From Eledone cirrhosa (Eukaryota), in assembly GCA_964016885.1 (NCBI GenBank), contig OZ024742.1, positions 63,612,001 to 63,676,000 of the forward strand: a stretch of DNA of 64,000 bases. The letters run 5' to 3'. Positions 1 through 12,696 of this stretch are shown here, piece by piece (position 1 is the first letter of the stretch; every line of letters begins with the position of its first letter). The notes below the pieces were generated by a model, which searched no databases, was not told the DNA's origin, and saw only the letters and a program-made list of their open reading frames with translations. The position numbers and the translations under genes were made by a program.

Positions 1-372
1 GTGGGAGTAGGAGGGTGGAGTAGGGGTAGTGTGTTGGGGTGTATATTAAGTTAAGAGGTGCCTACTGACTGAAGGTTTCACTTTGTACATAGGCAAGGCG
101 GGTCTTCTGCATTACTGCATGGCGCCAAAGATCTTGGTCCAGTGACATTGTCTTAGATAGGTGTAAGTATGTAAGGTCGGAATTTTTCAAATCGTCCCAG
201 CTTTTTCTGGGTCTACCTACTCCATAACTTCCATCAATTTTGATTGCCCTGCACTTTTTTATACAGCTGTCATCTTTCATGCGCATCACGAAACCATACC
301 AATGTAGTCTTCTCTCAAGTAAACAGCAACTGATCCTTCTTATTCCTAATTTATTACTTAGTTCATTTATGT
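1..372 (-). mobile_element. RTE LINE 3' fragment (family A, subfamily ending KTRLAYVQSET)
   Basis: ORF 62..289 matches the C-terminus of the RTE ORF at 48886..49716. Confidence 0.9.
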
Positions 373-891
373 TTATTTTTTTTTCTTCAAATTTTTAGTT
401 GTCGAAATTAGGGTGCGTCCTGAGGACGAAGTGTCTTCGGCACCAGGAAATATGGTATATATAAGTATTGCTTTCCTAGCTAGTTCTAATTTACTAATTA
501 GCAAAGAAAACAGGCATTAAATACCACAACATAAAACACTCAGTTTACCCTGTAAGGTGGTAGTGCCAAAGTCACAATAAAATGCTCCCAGTACATACTG
601 TAAAGTAGTTAGCATTAAAAAGGGCATCCAGCTATAGAAACTGAGTAAAAAATGAGCAAGGCATGATCACCTGACTTTTCTATTCTCATAATGTGACAGA
701 TGCAAGCATGGAAAATAGATGTTAAATGATGATAATGATTTAAGCATACAATTGGTTAGTATTGACATAAAAGTAGCACTCAATGCCATATTAGAGATTA
801 ATAGTTTATTAAAGGGGATCTAGAGTAACAGGTCACTGGATCATCCCTGACAAACAATTTAAGACCATACAGATAAATATTTGTCACTTAC

Positions 892-1007
892 CAGTGACAG
901 TGTAGGCATTAGCATTCAGATATTTCATACACTTTTCAAGGCACCATAAATAGCAACAGCAAGATTTCACTACAAATTTTACACATTTATTGTCGTAGTT
1001 TTTCAAT
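892..1007 (-). CDS. SLC44A1: SLC44/CTL1-like exon J (3'-most in window; gene continues below position 1)
   Basis: gctatcAG|...|GTaagt; 116 nt, phase 2-1; [38 protein letters not shown], with the WCLEK..KYLN.NAY motif. Confidence 0.95.
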
Positions 1008-1729
1008 CTGATAGCAAAGAATAAAAATATGATAATAAACAAATAATATATACATTTTTGTATTTCTTATGTAAGATTTTTTATCTGAAAATGTGTTTTG
1101 AAACATATTCTTATACTTTGGGAGGGTTATGCTGCCAATAAAAACACACGCACCTGTTGGTTTTCACTTCAATTTATTATAAATTTCCAGTTGGATAGTT
1201 TAATAACTGGATGGTTGTTTATTTGTTTATTGTCATAAAATAAAGTACCAGTAATGTACTGGGATAATTGCTGGCCTTGTGCCAAAAGTAGAAACAATTA
1301 TTTTATTTTATTTTATTTCATTTCATTGCATTGGATTTTTTGATTTTTATTAGTTTTTATTATATTTAATATTCCAAAGATAATTGTGTACACCTTAACT
1401 TACAGGTTATCTTATACCTCATATGTGATGCTATTTTCTAATACCACATGTCTCAGTAGGGTCTCCAAACTAATAGCTTCAACTAGGTATTAATCATTAT
1501 CATTCATTAATTGCATTTCACTACCATGTTTACTTATTTACTATCCATTAATTATATATTTAATTATTTCCCCCACCCCATGAAATTTACTCACCGTCTA
1601 ACATTCGATATAGTTCTCTTGTATTATAATAACTACATAGGGACATACATACTTCAAAATGTAAAATTTACTCTTATTCTACACATTAGTTTTCTATAAT
1701 TTCGTATTTTATCTTATAGTAAATAATTA

Positions 1730-1990
1730 TATTAGCTGGCCCCGTGCTGTCAAAAATGACGGCTAATTGTAATATCTATACATAATATAAAACAGAGATG
1801 TTTGTTTGTTGGTTGGTTGGTTGGTTCCTTCAAGCTCACTCACACAAGTGATACAAACATACAAACCTTTCTCAGTCAATGTTATCACCCCTTCCTTTCT
1901 CAGTCAACGTTATCAAACCTTCCTTTCTCAGTTTGTCATGACCCCTTCCTTTTTCAGTCATCTCTTGTGAGGACAAAAACACAAGGGTAT
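1730..1990. mobile_element. Non-autonomous Helitron-like termini with (GTTG)n
   Basis: Hairpin ccgtcatttttgacagcacgg followed by CTAAT on the minus strand, next to a TCTATA-type start and a tetranucleotide repeat. Confidence 0.45.
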
Positions 1991-2292
1991 TATATATCGG
2001 TAAATTATATTACATATGTAAACTAATTTTGAGGCCCAATAGCTAAGGATTTAATTTAATTTTAACCAACTGACCATCTGATGACTTTCTGAGTTACACA
2101 CAAGAGGCTAAAATTTGTTTCCATTGCTTGTGTGTTTGGAATTAATTAATTCCCCCATTTTCAATATATGAATATACTCAATACTGGTATATACATTTCT
2201 GGACGTTGCAAAGATGAGGAGGGTCATCAGTCACTAGACAATACCAAAGCACGTTTTTTTGTCTTTTCTTTCACAATACAAACACACACACA

Positions 2293-3125
2293 TATGAGGG
2301 GGCTTCAAAAAGTTCATGGAAAAGGGACAGTTGGAAAAAACAGTTTAAGTTATGATGTTTATTTTTCAACATATGCTCTAACTCAATACACTTCTGCAAA
2401 CATTGACACCAGCCTTTAAGTCCATCTGTATAAAACTGAGGGCCATCTGATTTAAACCATGTCAAAGCACCTTTTTTTACATCTTCAACTGATGGAAAAT
2501 GGGTACCTTTCAATGATTGTTTCAGATTTGGAAACAAAAAGAAGCTGGATGGAGCTGTAAAGTGGGTGTCGGATGATTTCCCATCAAAATTCATGTAACA
2601 CACTTCGTGTCTGCTGAGTGCAGTGAGCGGACATAATGTCATCGTGGAAGAACTTCCCTGGTCGTTTTCCGCAATTTTATTGACCAGTTTTCTCAAAGCG
2701 CCTTCATAATATGCAGCTGTAATTGTTCTCTTGTTCTCGAAGAAGTCAACCATCAAAATCCCCTTGGCCTCCCAGAAGACAGTGGCCATGACCTTCACTC
2801 TTGAATGCTCAGATTTTACCTTGACTGGCATACTTCTACCTCTGGGCAGCCACAGCTTTGATTGAGTTTTGTCCTCAGGATTGTACTGGGAGAGTCACGT
2901 TTTATCCCCAGTATCAATACTCTGCAGAAAAGTTTCAAGGTCTTCATTCCACTTGTTTTCAATTTCCATCAAAAGATCTGACCTTGTTTGCTACTGATCT
3001 GGGCACAACAGCTTTAGGAAAGCTTGCTCAGCCCCAAACTCTCCATCAGAATTGCATGTGCAGAACCCATGGAGATGTTGAGTGTGTCGGCTACTGTGTG
3101 TCGGTAGTGGTTATTCGCCTCCAGC
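2293..3125 (-). mobile_element. Degenerate mariner (DD34D-type) transposon
   Basis: KVMATVFWEAKGILMVDFF...TITAAYY and APSSFFLFPNLKQSLKGTHF (decayed YSPDLAPSDFxLF); TA-flanked TGAGGGGG terminal sequence at ~2293. Confidence 0.88.
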
Positions 3126-3812
3126 AATAGAAAACAAGCAAAAAAGGATCAAGAAGACACTACAGATGTGTTAAGAGCACAACAGACTCTCTTGTGCTAG
3201 TGACATGATAAAACAGATCCAGTACACCCTGTAAAGTGTTTGGCTATAGGAAAGGAATCCAGCCATAGAAAACTCACCAAACAAAGGGTCAAGAAGACTC
3301 TTCAGTTGTGTCAAAGACATGATGACTTCCCTAGTGCTTATGTCACAATAAATGCATTTGGTGCACCCGGTAGAATGTTTCTAAGCAAGATGCAACCTCT
3401 GGCCTGTCTGAGATGTCAGTAGTTCTGACTGAGTACTGACTTGGTCTGTAACAAACTGTCCACCCCTTCCTAGCAGGAAAAAATGGATGTTAAAAGATGA
3501 TGTCAATGATTTACTGCAGATTTATCTGGTGAATTATCAAAATCATAATCACAGATTCATCATCATCACTGTTTTACATCTACTTTCCATGCTTGCATGG
3601 ATTAGATGGGTTGTCACATTCTAAAGCTTGGCAGGTCAAATGACTGTATCTTGCTCTTACATTCCATTTTAGCATGGTTTCTATAACTGGATGCCCTTCC
3701 TAATGCAAACTACTTCATGGCATGTACTGGATTCATTTTCTCAGGGCATCACAATCACCACTTAACAGGGTGGATTTGATGTTTTTTTCATGGCACCAGT
3801 GCTACCACTTTC

Positions 3813-3858
<46 letters not shown>

Positions 3859-4555
3859 CATCTTCTTCATCATCATTTAACATCCACTTTCCTTGTTAAC
3901 AAGAGTTGGACAGGTATACATAAACCAAGTTAATACTGAAGCAGGGCCACTGATCCCATTTACATATGGTCATATTGAGTGCAGAGGAGAATTTGTTATG
4001 TCTTTTGATACAAACTATAAAATCTTCCTAACCCCTTGTTTGGCAAGCTTTCTACAGTTGGATGCCTTTCCAAACACCAACCACTTTACAGAGTGTACTG
4101 GGTGCTTTTATTGTGTAGATCACCAGCAATATGGAGGCAGTCATGTACTTAACAACTAAACCATATAGATGCTCAGAAAATTAAGCTGGGCACCATTTGA
4201 AAAGAGAACTAAAAAAAGTTGTCAATAAACAGGTGTTGTAGTTTGCTTAAAGCATCGTGTAGTGTAGAAAATAGTGTTTTCTTTCAATACTACCACAATG
4301 TGAATTGGACAGTAAATATTAGAAATATGATAATAATGACGTTGAGGTGTTACCTTGTAGTTCTTTATAGATCCTTATATTTTAAGATAAAATCACTTCT
4401 TCAAAAGATTAAGAGAAGAAACTAATTCTTCTATTAATCTTTATTATCATATTTTTAACATTTACCATCCAATTCAAACAAAACACTATTTTCTATGTTA
4501 ATAAACATTTCAATATATTTTGTGATGATTAAATTTAGAATATAAAATGTCTTAC

Positions 4556-4690
4556 TTCTTTGCGAGGAATATGGCTATCCATCGAGGGATTTTTATTAAG
4601 GTGATGATAAAGCTTCCTTTAGCAGCAGTCCCCATATGATAAGTTATAACATGGCACACAGCACAGGCTACTGTACATTTATTTGGTTTC
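4556..4690 (-). CDS. SLC44A1: SLC44/CTL1-like exon I
   Basis: cacatAG|...|GTaaga; 135 nt, phase 2-2; KPNKCTVACAVCHVITYHMGTAAKGSFIITLIKIPRWIAIFLAK, with the YH.GT.A.GS.II motif. Confidence 0.95.
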
Positions 4691-4774
4691 CTATGTGAAG
4701 GTAAAGACAAGAAAGAAAAAAAAGAAAATGAACAGGAGTTAAAATTCTATGAATAAAAACAACAATTATAATGA

Positions 4775-5650
4775 TAGTGATTTCAGATTTAGGCACAAGA
4801 TCCTTAATTCGTGGGGAAGAATTACATCATTAAATTGACCCCAATGCTTAATTGGTACTTTATTTTATTGACCTCTAATAGGATGAAAGGCAAAGTGGAC
4901 CATGATAGAATTTGAACTCAGAATAAAACATTTTGATCAATGCTTTAATGATTCTGCCAATCCACTGCCCGAGTAATATTGAATTTTAACATACAGCCTT
5001 GAATTTTTAGTGGGAAGAGCATACATGATGATTAAGATTCAGACAATTCTTAACTGGGACTTATTTCATCGATGCATGGAGTAGTGCAAAGTTACTAAGG
5101 TTAACTTTGTCATATTCAGATTCATAAACCAAGTACCAATCAGCGACTAGGGTCAACCTAATTGACTGTGTGCTTCTACTAAAATATTTCGAGCCTTGTG
5201 CCAGGCGTAAAACTCAAGAATAATATTAAGACTAATAATTGTTTCTACTTTTGGTACAAGGCCAGCAATTACCCAGTGTATTACTGGTAATTTATTTTAT
5301 CGACTCCGTAAGGATGAAAGGCAAAATTAACCTCGGCGGGATTTGAACTCAGATCATAAAGGGATGTAACTCTATGCGTCAAAGCATGGCATCCGACTCT
5401 CTACCGATACTGCCAATCCACCGCCATATTAAGACTAATAATGGTTTCTGATTTAAACTCAAGGCTGGGTCGAGGAGAAAGTCGATTAAATCAACCCCAG
5501 TGTGGCACCGGTACTTTATTTTATTGACCCCTGTAAGGATGATAAGCTAACCTCAGCGGGATTTGAACTCAGAATGTAAAGGGCCATAACAAAATGCCTC
5601 AAAGCATGTTGTCTGATGGTCTACTGAAACTGCCAATTCACCACCCTAAG
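4775..5650 (-). mobile_element. Cluster of tRNA-derived SINEs (family 2, ~200 bp, ATT tail); further copies near 10900-11700, 21200-21400, 40268-40458, 59320-59514 and 60518-60737
   Basis: Reverse complement starts ggcggtggattggcagtatcggtagag (A-box-like) and contains gagttcaaatcc (B-box); conserved body ctttgcctttcatcc...aaagtaccagt; TSDs visible. Confidence 0.85.
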
Positions 5651-6017
5651 ATTAAGACTAATAATAAGAAAAAAAACAGAAATTTTGGTGCCATGTTTCT
5701 CTTTAAAATGGTGATTAAAAAGAAATAATATATACATACATACACACACACATATATATATACACATATATATATATTCGTAGGTTATCACTTCTCCAAG
5801 CTAATTCACTTGTAGCTGCTGATTTCTATCCTTTAAGGTAAATTTTACCTGACACCATCATAGATGGCATTTTGCTGTTTTAACAGCTTCCTTGCGCTGG
5901 GTTTTCCCATTATCCTACAAATTCTAATACACTCACGTCTCAGACTTGAAGTTCGAATTAACTTTGTTTATATATATCATCATCATCGTCACAACCATAT
6001 AATGTCCATTTTCCACA

Positions 6018-6495
6018 CTAGCTGCAAACCCATAGTTTGCATTTGGGACAGTGGATGGAATTTCTACCTATACCTTTCCTACACACCATGCAAGGCCATT
6101 TCCCCAAGGGACTCAGGGCTCTCTTTTCTCTTCTACTTACTAGGACCTTAGTCTTTATCATGTTGACTTTAAGACCCTTTGTTTCTCGGCCACGCTTCCA
6201 GGTTTGGAATTTCTTCTCTAATTCTGCCATAGATTCAGCTATGAGTGTAAGATCATCTGCATACAGGAGTTCCCATGGGCAGCTGGTCTTAAACTCTTCT
6301 GTTGTAGTCTGCAGAACAATAATAAACAGAGCACTTGTGGATGCCAACCTACATGTTAAATTCCTCACTATAGTTGTTGTTAATTCTAACTTTGCTGACT
6401 GCTCCCCTATATATGGCTTGTACAGCCTTCACAAGCCACTCTTCTACTTCTAGTTTTCTAAGAGCCCATCAGATAATGGTATGGGGAACTGTCAA
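6018..6495 (-). mobile_element. RTE LINE RT/PHD fragment
   Basis: CPWELLYADDL and WPCMVCRKGIGRNSIHCPKC in ORF 6018..6368. Confidence 0.9.
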
Positions 6496-6539
6496 ACGTT
6501 GTCACAATTGGAACACTTCATTCTTTTCTTCTGATTTTT

Positions 6540-9110
6540 GTGCATGGCACATGGGTAGAACTGATCAAATCCCTGCAGAGTGGAAGGCTGAGAAGTGAAT
6601 AAATGTGGAAAAGCCCTAGACATTACTATTTTTGGTAAATTAACATTTGTCTATATGCCCTAAGAACATACGTAAAGCGTTATCTTGGTGATACTAGAGA
6701 TGTAAACAGACACAGGAACACAAAAAATACCCTTGTGTATTTTTTAAATGGAAAAAATGATCATTGATCTACAAAAATAAATTGATTATATAGCAATAGT
6801 TATCACATGTAAACAAAAACAACCCCCCACCACCACCAACAATGTGTGGAAAATAAAAAAGAAACAATGTTTCGAGGCAGTAAAAAAAGAAATCTTGAAT
6901 ATATCCTCAAACAAAACCTGAGAGCTGTCAGTGAGAAACTCTAGTATCAGAGAGCAGCTGAAAGGAAAATGATTAATAAGAAATTCAGTTGAAACCAAAC
7001 ATCAGTTTATATGAGAGATAAATTAATAAATGTCAGAGGTGTCATCCCACAAATATATAGATTCTTTCTGGAGATAAATATGAGGTGAGGGAGTGAAGTT
7101 TAACCAAGATGTAGTGTGGTTGAAAGAAATCCAAAGGAATTATTGTCTCTGCATTACACCAAAATCATACGGTACCAATGTGATAGGAACTTCAGAAAGT
7201 GACTTTCTATTGGATGTATTTTATCAACCTCTACCTGCATGATCTCAATGGAGATATGCATAATCAAGCTGGTTGACATTGGCAGAGAAAAGACTGGTCT
7301 CCAGCTTGGCAAAAAACTACTGACCAGATTCTAATTTATAGATGTATACAGCCTGTCTGAACCTATTCTTCCAGGATCATTGTGACAACAACAATATCTA
7401 CACAAATGAGCAAGCAGCTTAGAAGAAAGGAGTTTGGAGATGTGCTGAGCAACTATTAATTAACAAAACTACAATATCAGAGGTGGGGCAATATAAGAGG
7501 AACTTAGTTACAGTCTGGCTGGATTACAAGAAAGCATTTGATTCTGTTCCCCACTCTTGGATGCTAGAAGCCTTTCAACTTGCTTAAGTTCCAAATAATA
7601 TAACCAGAGCCATAAGAAAAAAAATGATCTTCACAGGAAAGGAATATATTGTCACTAACATAATAGAATATTGCAGTGGTATATTTCAAGGAGACAGTTT
7701 GAGATGCTATTTATACTGTCAATAAACCCTTCGTCCTTTATGCTGTAGAAATATAAAGGGCACATAACTGAATCAAAGGAAGCCAGAAACATTAACTTAA
7801 CACATAGCTTTTTTGTGGACGATCTGAAAAATGTATGACAAGAATATAAATGATATGAAGAAAAACCTTGACCTGGTTACAACATTCTTGAAGGATATAG
7901 GGATGAAGTTTGGCCAGGATAAATGTTCCTATATGATTGTAAAGTGAGGAAAAACTACAAGCCAATCTAGCAACATCTCTATCAATGACCTGTTTCACTG
8001 GTATTTGACAAAGAATGTTACAGATATTTGGGGATTGATGAAAATATATCCTATGATGGAATTTGTAACAAGTAATCAGGAAATATAGCACCTGAATAAG
8101 AATAATACAGTCTTTGGAACTCTCTGCATACACTAAATCAGTGGACCCAATGTACTTTCTGTACCTGTACTAATACCAACATTTGGACTACTTGAATGAA
8201 TGCTAGATGAGATCTCAGTCATTAATACTAAAACCTGAAAAGTTCTAACCGGCACTAGAAATTTCCACATCAACAGTGTACACTGCCTCTACCCAAAATG
8301 TAAACAGGAAGGAAGAGACTTAACATCAATTTAAACAGCATTTGAGTGTTGCATAATATGCCTTTGACAAAATCTACGAATCACCAAACATAGAAGCCAA
8401 TCCATAGAACAAATCTGTCTATGTGAGAGAAATAGCATCATACGAGTTGGAAGGAACTTCTTGAGAAATACTCCCTCAATGATGACCACAAACTCACATC
8501 TAGGGGAATTTCACAACAATACTGCAACAAATCATTGGATGAAAAGCTGTATGCTTGTCAGCAAAAAGTCATGCATAGCCAGAAAGCTTCAAAGTGAGAG
8601 TAATATAGACAACGAAAGTAGTCATGCACAGCCAGAAAGCTTCAAAGTGAGAGTAATATAGACAACCAAAGTAGTCTATTTTGGACTAACAACCAGTATA
8701 TTAGCTCTCACTTTGAAGGATATGCTTTTGCAAACCAAGAACAGGAAATAACTACAAAATACCTGATATAAAAAAAGAGATAGAGATACTGGCAAAACAA
8801 CAAGATATGACAACAGATGCAGATTCTGTGGAATAAACATCAAGGATATCACCCACATCATAAACAGCCATTCAAAGATGTTATCATGATACTATATACT
8901 TATGAAGCAAGATGTGGTGGCCAAAAACAATGCAATACATAGAAAGGAGAGCTCCGAGGATAAAAATATAAAACATTACAGCATTGAGGAGGGCATATGC
9001 ATACATAACATGAAGAGGAATGTTCCAGTCAAAACTGAAATAAAATATAAATATAACAGACCAGACATAATGATATGGCACAGAGAAAAGAAGGCATGCA
9101 CATCGGTGAG
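6540..9110 (+). mobile_element. Degenerate non-LTR retrotransposon with restriction-like endonuclease (R4/Dong-like)
   Basis: Frameshifted pieces WLDYKKAFDSVPHSW (~7515), GIFQGDSL (~7678), VDDLK (~7815), zinc knuckle CRFCG...HII (~8818) and RPDIMIW (~9058, PD endonuclease motif); domain order RT-zinc knuckle-REL. Confidence 0.8.
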
Positions 9111-9680
9111 AATCAACAACCCAACCTCTTTAAATCAATCTTCAACATTTATGCCTTACTCATTTTTTTTCCTTTCGAATGTCACTTTAATTTAAATCAC
9201 TAGGCAATAACTTATATATATAACTCTTATCCTCAATACACATCACATGTCTGCACCAGCAGTCTCCTCTCTTGTACACTACACCTAATTGTTCTTCTAC
9301 CAAGTTTTTCTTCCAGCACATTGTTAACCTCTTTGATATCAATCTGCCCTAAACTGTTTCTCCTTCCATGACACAAAACCACCCATTTTAAAGGATTCCT
9401 ACTAAAATTGAAACTTTCCAACATAATTTTATATAAGAACATTTTATTACGTTACAAATACCATCTTAATGAAGTTAAAATCTTACTAAATTCTTCCCAA
9501 ATTTTTCATTAATTAATTAAAGTATGAATTATTTCATTAGATACACAATAACAAAAGGCTTCAACATCCAATGAAGCAAGCTTGCTTAATTTTTCCCAAC
9601 CTGGCTGTGATGGCACTGCATCTTGTGTAGCTATAGTTTAAACTGGATACTTCACTTGACTTCACTTTTCCACTTGCTGT

Positions 9681-10625
9681 TCAAGGTTTGTGGGGGTACT
9701 GCAGGGTGAAGTAGTGTACCACCGCCTTCCATCTATTTCTGTTGTGAACTAGGACTTTGGTTGCTGCAAAGTCTTTACTAGTCCATTCATTGACATTATC
9801 TGCCCATTTCTTCTTCTGACATCCTTGCCTTCTTTTTTCTTGAACTACTCCTTTGAGGATAGTCTTGGTCAATCCATCAGATCTTGTCGCATGACCCTAC
9901 CAGCTCATTTTAAATTTCTTTTCAGCATTTAAAAGAGCTTCATATTTGCCCATATGCTGCCTGATTCCATATGAATGTTTTCATTACTTACATGTTCCAT
10001 GTACAGTATTTATACAAACACCATTTCTGTATACTAAACATAATTATTTCCCAGGTGGCAGTAGAGTCCTGTCCCATTTCCTGAAAACTAAAACATTCAT
10101 CTTTGCTTCCACATTTGGAATATTTTTCTAATTCTTCAATAGGTTGAACTATGAGAAGTAAAAGATCAGCATACAAAAGTACTCATGGACAGTTAACCTT
10201 AAAATGGCTTGGAGAATTATAATAGACAGGTGGAGAATCGAGCCTCAGTGGATACCTGTCTACATACTGAATTCCTTGCTGAACTCATTGTTAACTCTCA
10301 CCCATTGGTAGATTAAGGTTGAGGGGGCTGACTAAGCCTTAGCCTGGTAGGTGTCCCACAATATTTAAAGTATCTCAAAATATATTTTTTGATACTATAA
10401 ATAATACACAAGATCCTTGGTGAAATTTTCAGTTAGGGGTTTCATAATACTTTATCTGTCCTTGCTTTCACCTTGCTAACAGAATCTTTCTGCATAGATT
10501 CTATAATTTTCACAACATATCTATCTACATTTAGTTTTTTTAACAACTACCAGTCTACAGGGTGTGGTACCTAGGTCAACAATTGATAGGTACAGTGAAT
10601 TGCTCTTAGCTAAGATCTTCTCTAC
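9681..10625 (-). mobile_element. Old RTE-clade LINE fragments (two different pieces)
   Basis: TKTILKGVVQEKRRQGCQKKKWADNVNEW C-terminal RTE motif; decayed VQVGIH.GS.LH RT remnant near 10230-10290. Confidence 0.7.
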
Positions 10626-10682
10626 CTGTTACACACACACATACACACACACATGCACATACACAGATAGAAGAAGACTGAC

Positions 10683-10848
10683 CTTGAAAAGTACCAAGTG
10701 ACTACTATTTCAGACATCACCAACTGTTCACAGGCCAGAATGAATTCTGATGTCCAGACCAATCCAATGATATGGTACCACCAAAAATATGATACAAGTT
10801 TATGATCCTTGTAAATGACAAACCCTTCACGACTTGCTTCAAGATTTT
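10683..10848 (-). CDS. SLC44A1: SLC44/CTL1-like exon H
   Basis: atttcAG|...|GTcagt; 166 nt, phase 1-2; (E)NLEASREGFVIYKDHKLVSYFWWYHIIGLVWTSEFILACEQLVMSEIVVTWYFS(R). Confidence 0.95.
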
Positions 10849-11505
10849 CTGAAATATTTTAATAAAATTACAAAAACAATGATAACAACAAAACAACAAT
10901 AATGGTTTCTGAATTAGACACAAGGCCAGTAATTTGAAGCGAAGGCAATGCTGATTAAATCAACCCAAGTACTTGATTGGTTCTTTATTTTATCGATTCT
11001 GTAAAGATGAAAGGCATAGTTGAGACCTTGAGAAGATTTGAACTCAGAACATAAAGAACCAGAACAAGTATAGTACTGAGATTTTATCTAATGCTCTACC
11101 AATTTGGCCAATCTACTGCCCAATAATAATGGTTTCTGATAGAGGCATAAGGCCATCAATTTGGTAGGAGGGGAAAGTTAATTAAATTGGCCTCAGTACT
11201 TAACTGGTATTTTATTTTATCAACACCAGAAGGATGAAAAGCAAAATTGACTTTGGTAAGATTTGTACTCAAAATGTAAAAAACTAGAACAAAAACCATA
11301 ATGGCATGTAACAATAGTAACAACAGCAACATCCCTCACCATGCTCACTGTGGAACTTGGTTGATCAGACCTAATGGTAATAAGAATTTTCCCTCTTAAT
11401 GATTCTTTTCTAAACATTTTTGGGGAAGGTATAAGTGATCAGATCAATCCCAGTACATCACTGGTATTTTATATTCTATCAATCATGGAAGACAAAGTTT
11501 TATGC

Positions 11506-11537
<32 letters not shown>

Positions 11538-12696
11538 TTTCTAACATAACACAACTAAATTGGCCCCATTATATAACTGGTGCTTATTTTAACAACCCTA
11601 GAAACATGAAATGCAAAATCAACCTTCAATTGTTATTTGAATATAAAGGGACAAAACTAAAGACAGCATAGTTTTTGTCCAATATTCTACCAATTCAGCT
11701 ATCATACACCTGAACAATAATGATTCCTACCTGAGGAACACAATCACAAATTTTCTAGAGAGGACTAAATCAGCCTCAGTATTTTGTCTAGGATTTATTT
11801 TATAAACCTTGGACAGGAGAAAGGAAACGTTTTCCCTCCCACTACTCTCGCTTTTCTCAGCATGCCACCCCTGTTGTTTCAATTCAATCTCCTTACCAAC
11901 AATTATCAATGTAGCAGTCTATCACTCTCACCCTTACTTCCTTTACTCTCTTTTCTAACACCCTCAGGCTCTTATTACTCTAGTTCTCTAATACTCTCTT
12001 TTGTAATGCCCTCTCACTCTTATTACTCTGGTTCTCCAATACTCTCTGCTAACATTCCTTGCTCTGGTTCTATATCAACACTCTCTCTTCTTTATTGCCA
12101 AGGATGAGACAACTCTTTGGTACTGGTGAACAAATGAACAGAGAGAAAAGGGTAGAGAGGATTTTTAGTCTTGTCTTGTTTTGTTTTGACAGGAACAGGG
12201 AGAGCTCTTTCTAGTGCTGGTGTCACAATAAAATGCACCTAATACTCTCTCAAAAGTGACAGGGAATTCTGTAAAGTAGTTCTTCAAATAGCCGAAGAAC
12301 AAAAATATTGTAAGGAAAACACAACTCTTTAGTCTTGCCAAGGACAAGATATTTCTAGTGCTTGTGCTACAATAAAATGCACCCAGTATACTCTGTGAAT
12401 TATTTGGCAATTGGAAGAGCATCCAACCTTAAAACTATGACAAAAATAGAATGTACAGGTAAAACTTGAGTCTCCGACCCATCTGGGAGAGCAATAACTT
12501 GAAATAAAAAATGACATGGTCATTACAAAACATAATGATTATTACAGTTACAAATGGTGTTGTGTTATCGTTAGACCTCCATCAGTTCCAAAAATGAGTG
12601 TTCCAGTTGTTTAATCAATGATGCTGCCTACTCATGAACTTAATGTGCAAGTGGGTGAGAATTCCATAGGTACATGTACCCATAACATAATTCCGA

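Noticed and set aside
396-460. ctgagga...cgaa as a ribozyme core
   Set aside because: Spacing and stems do not fit; looks more like the decayed terminus of a TA-flanked DNA transposon
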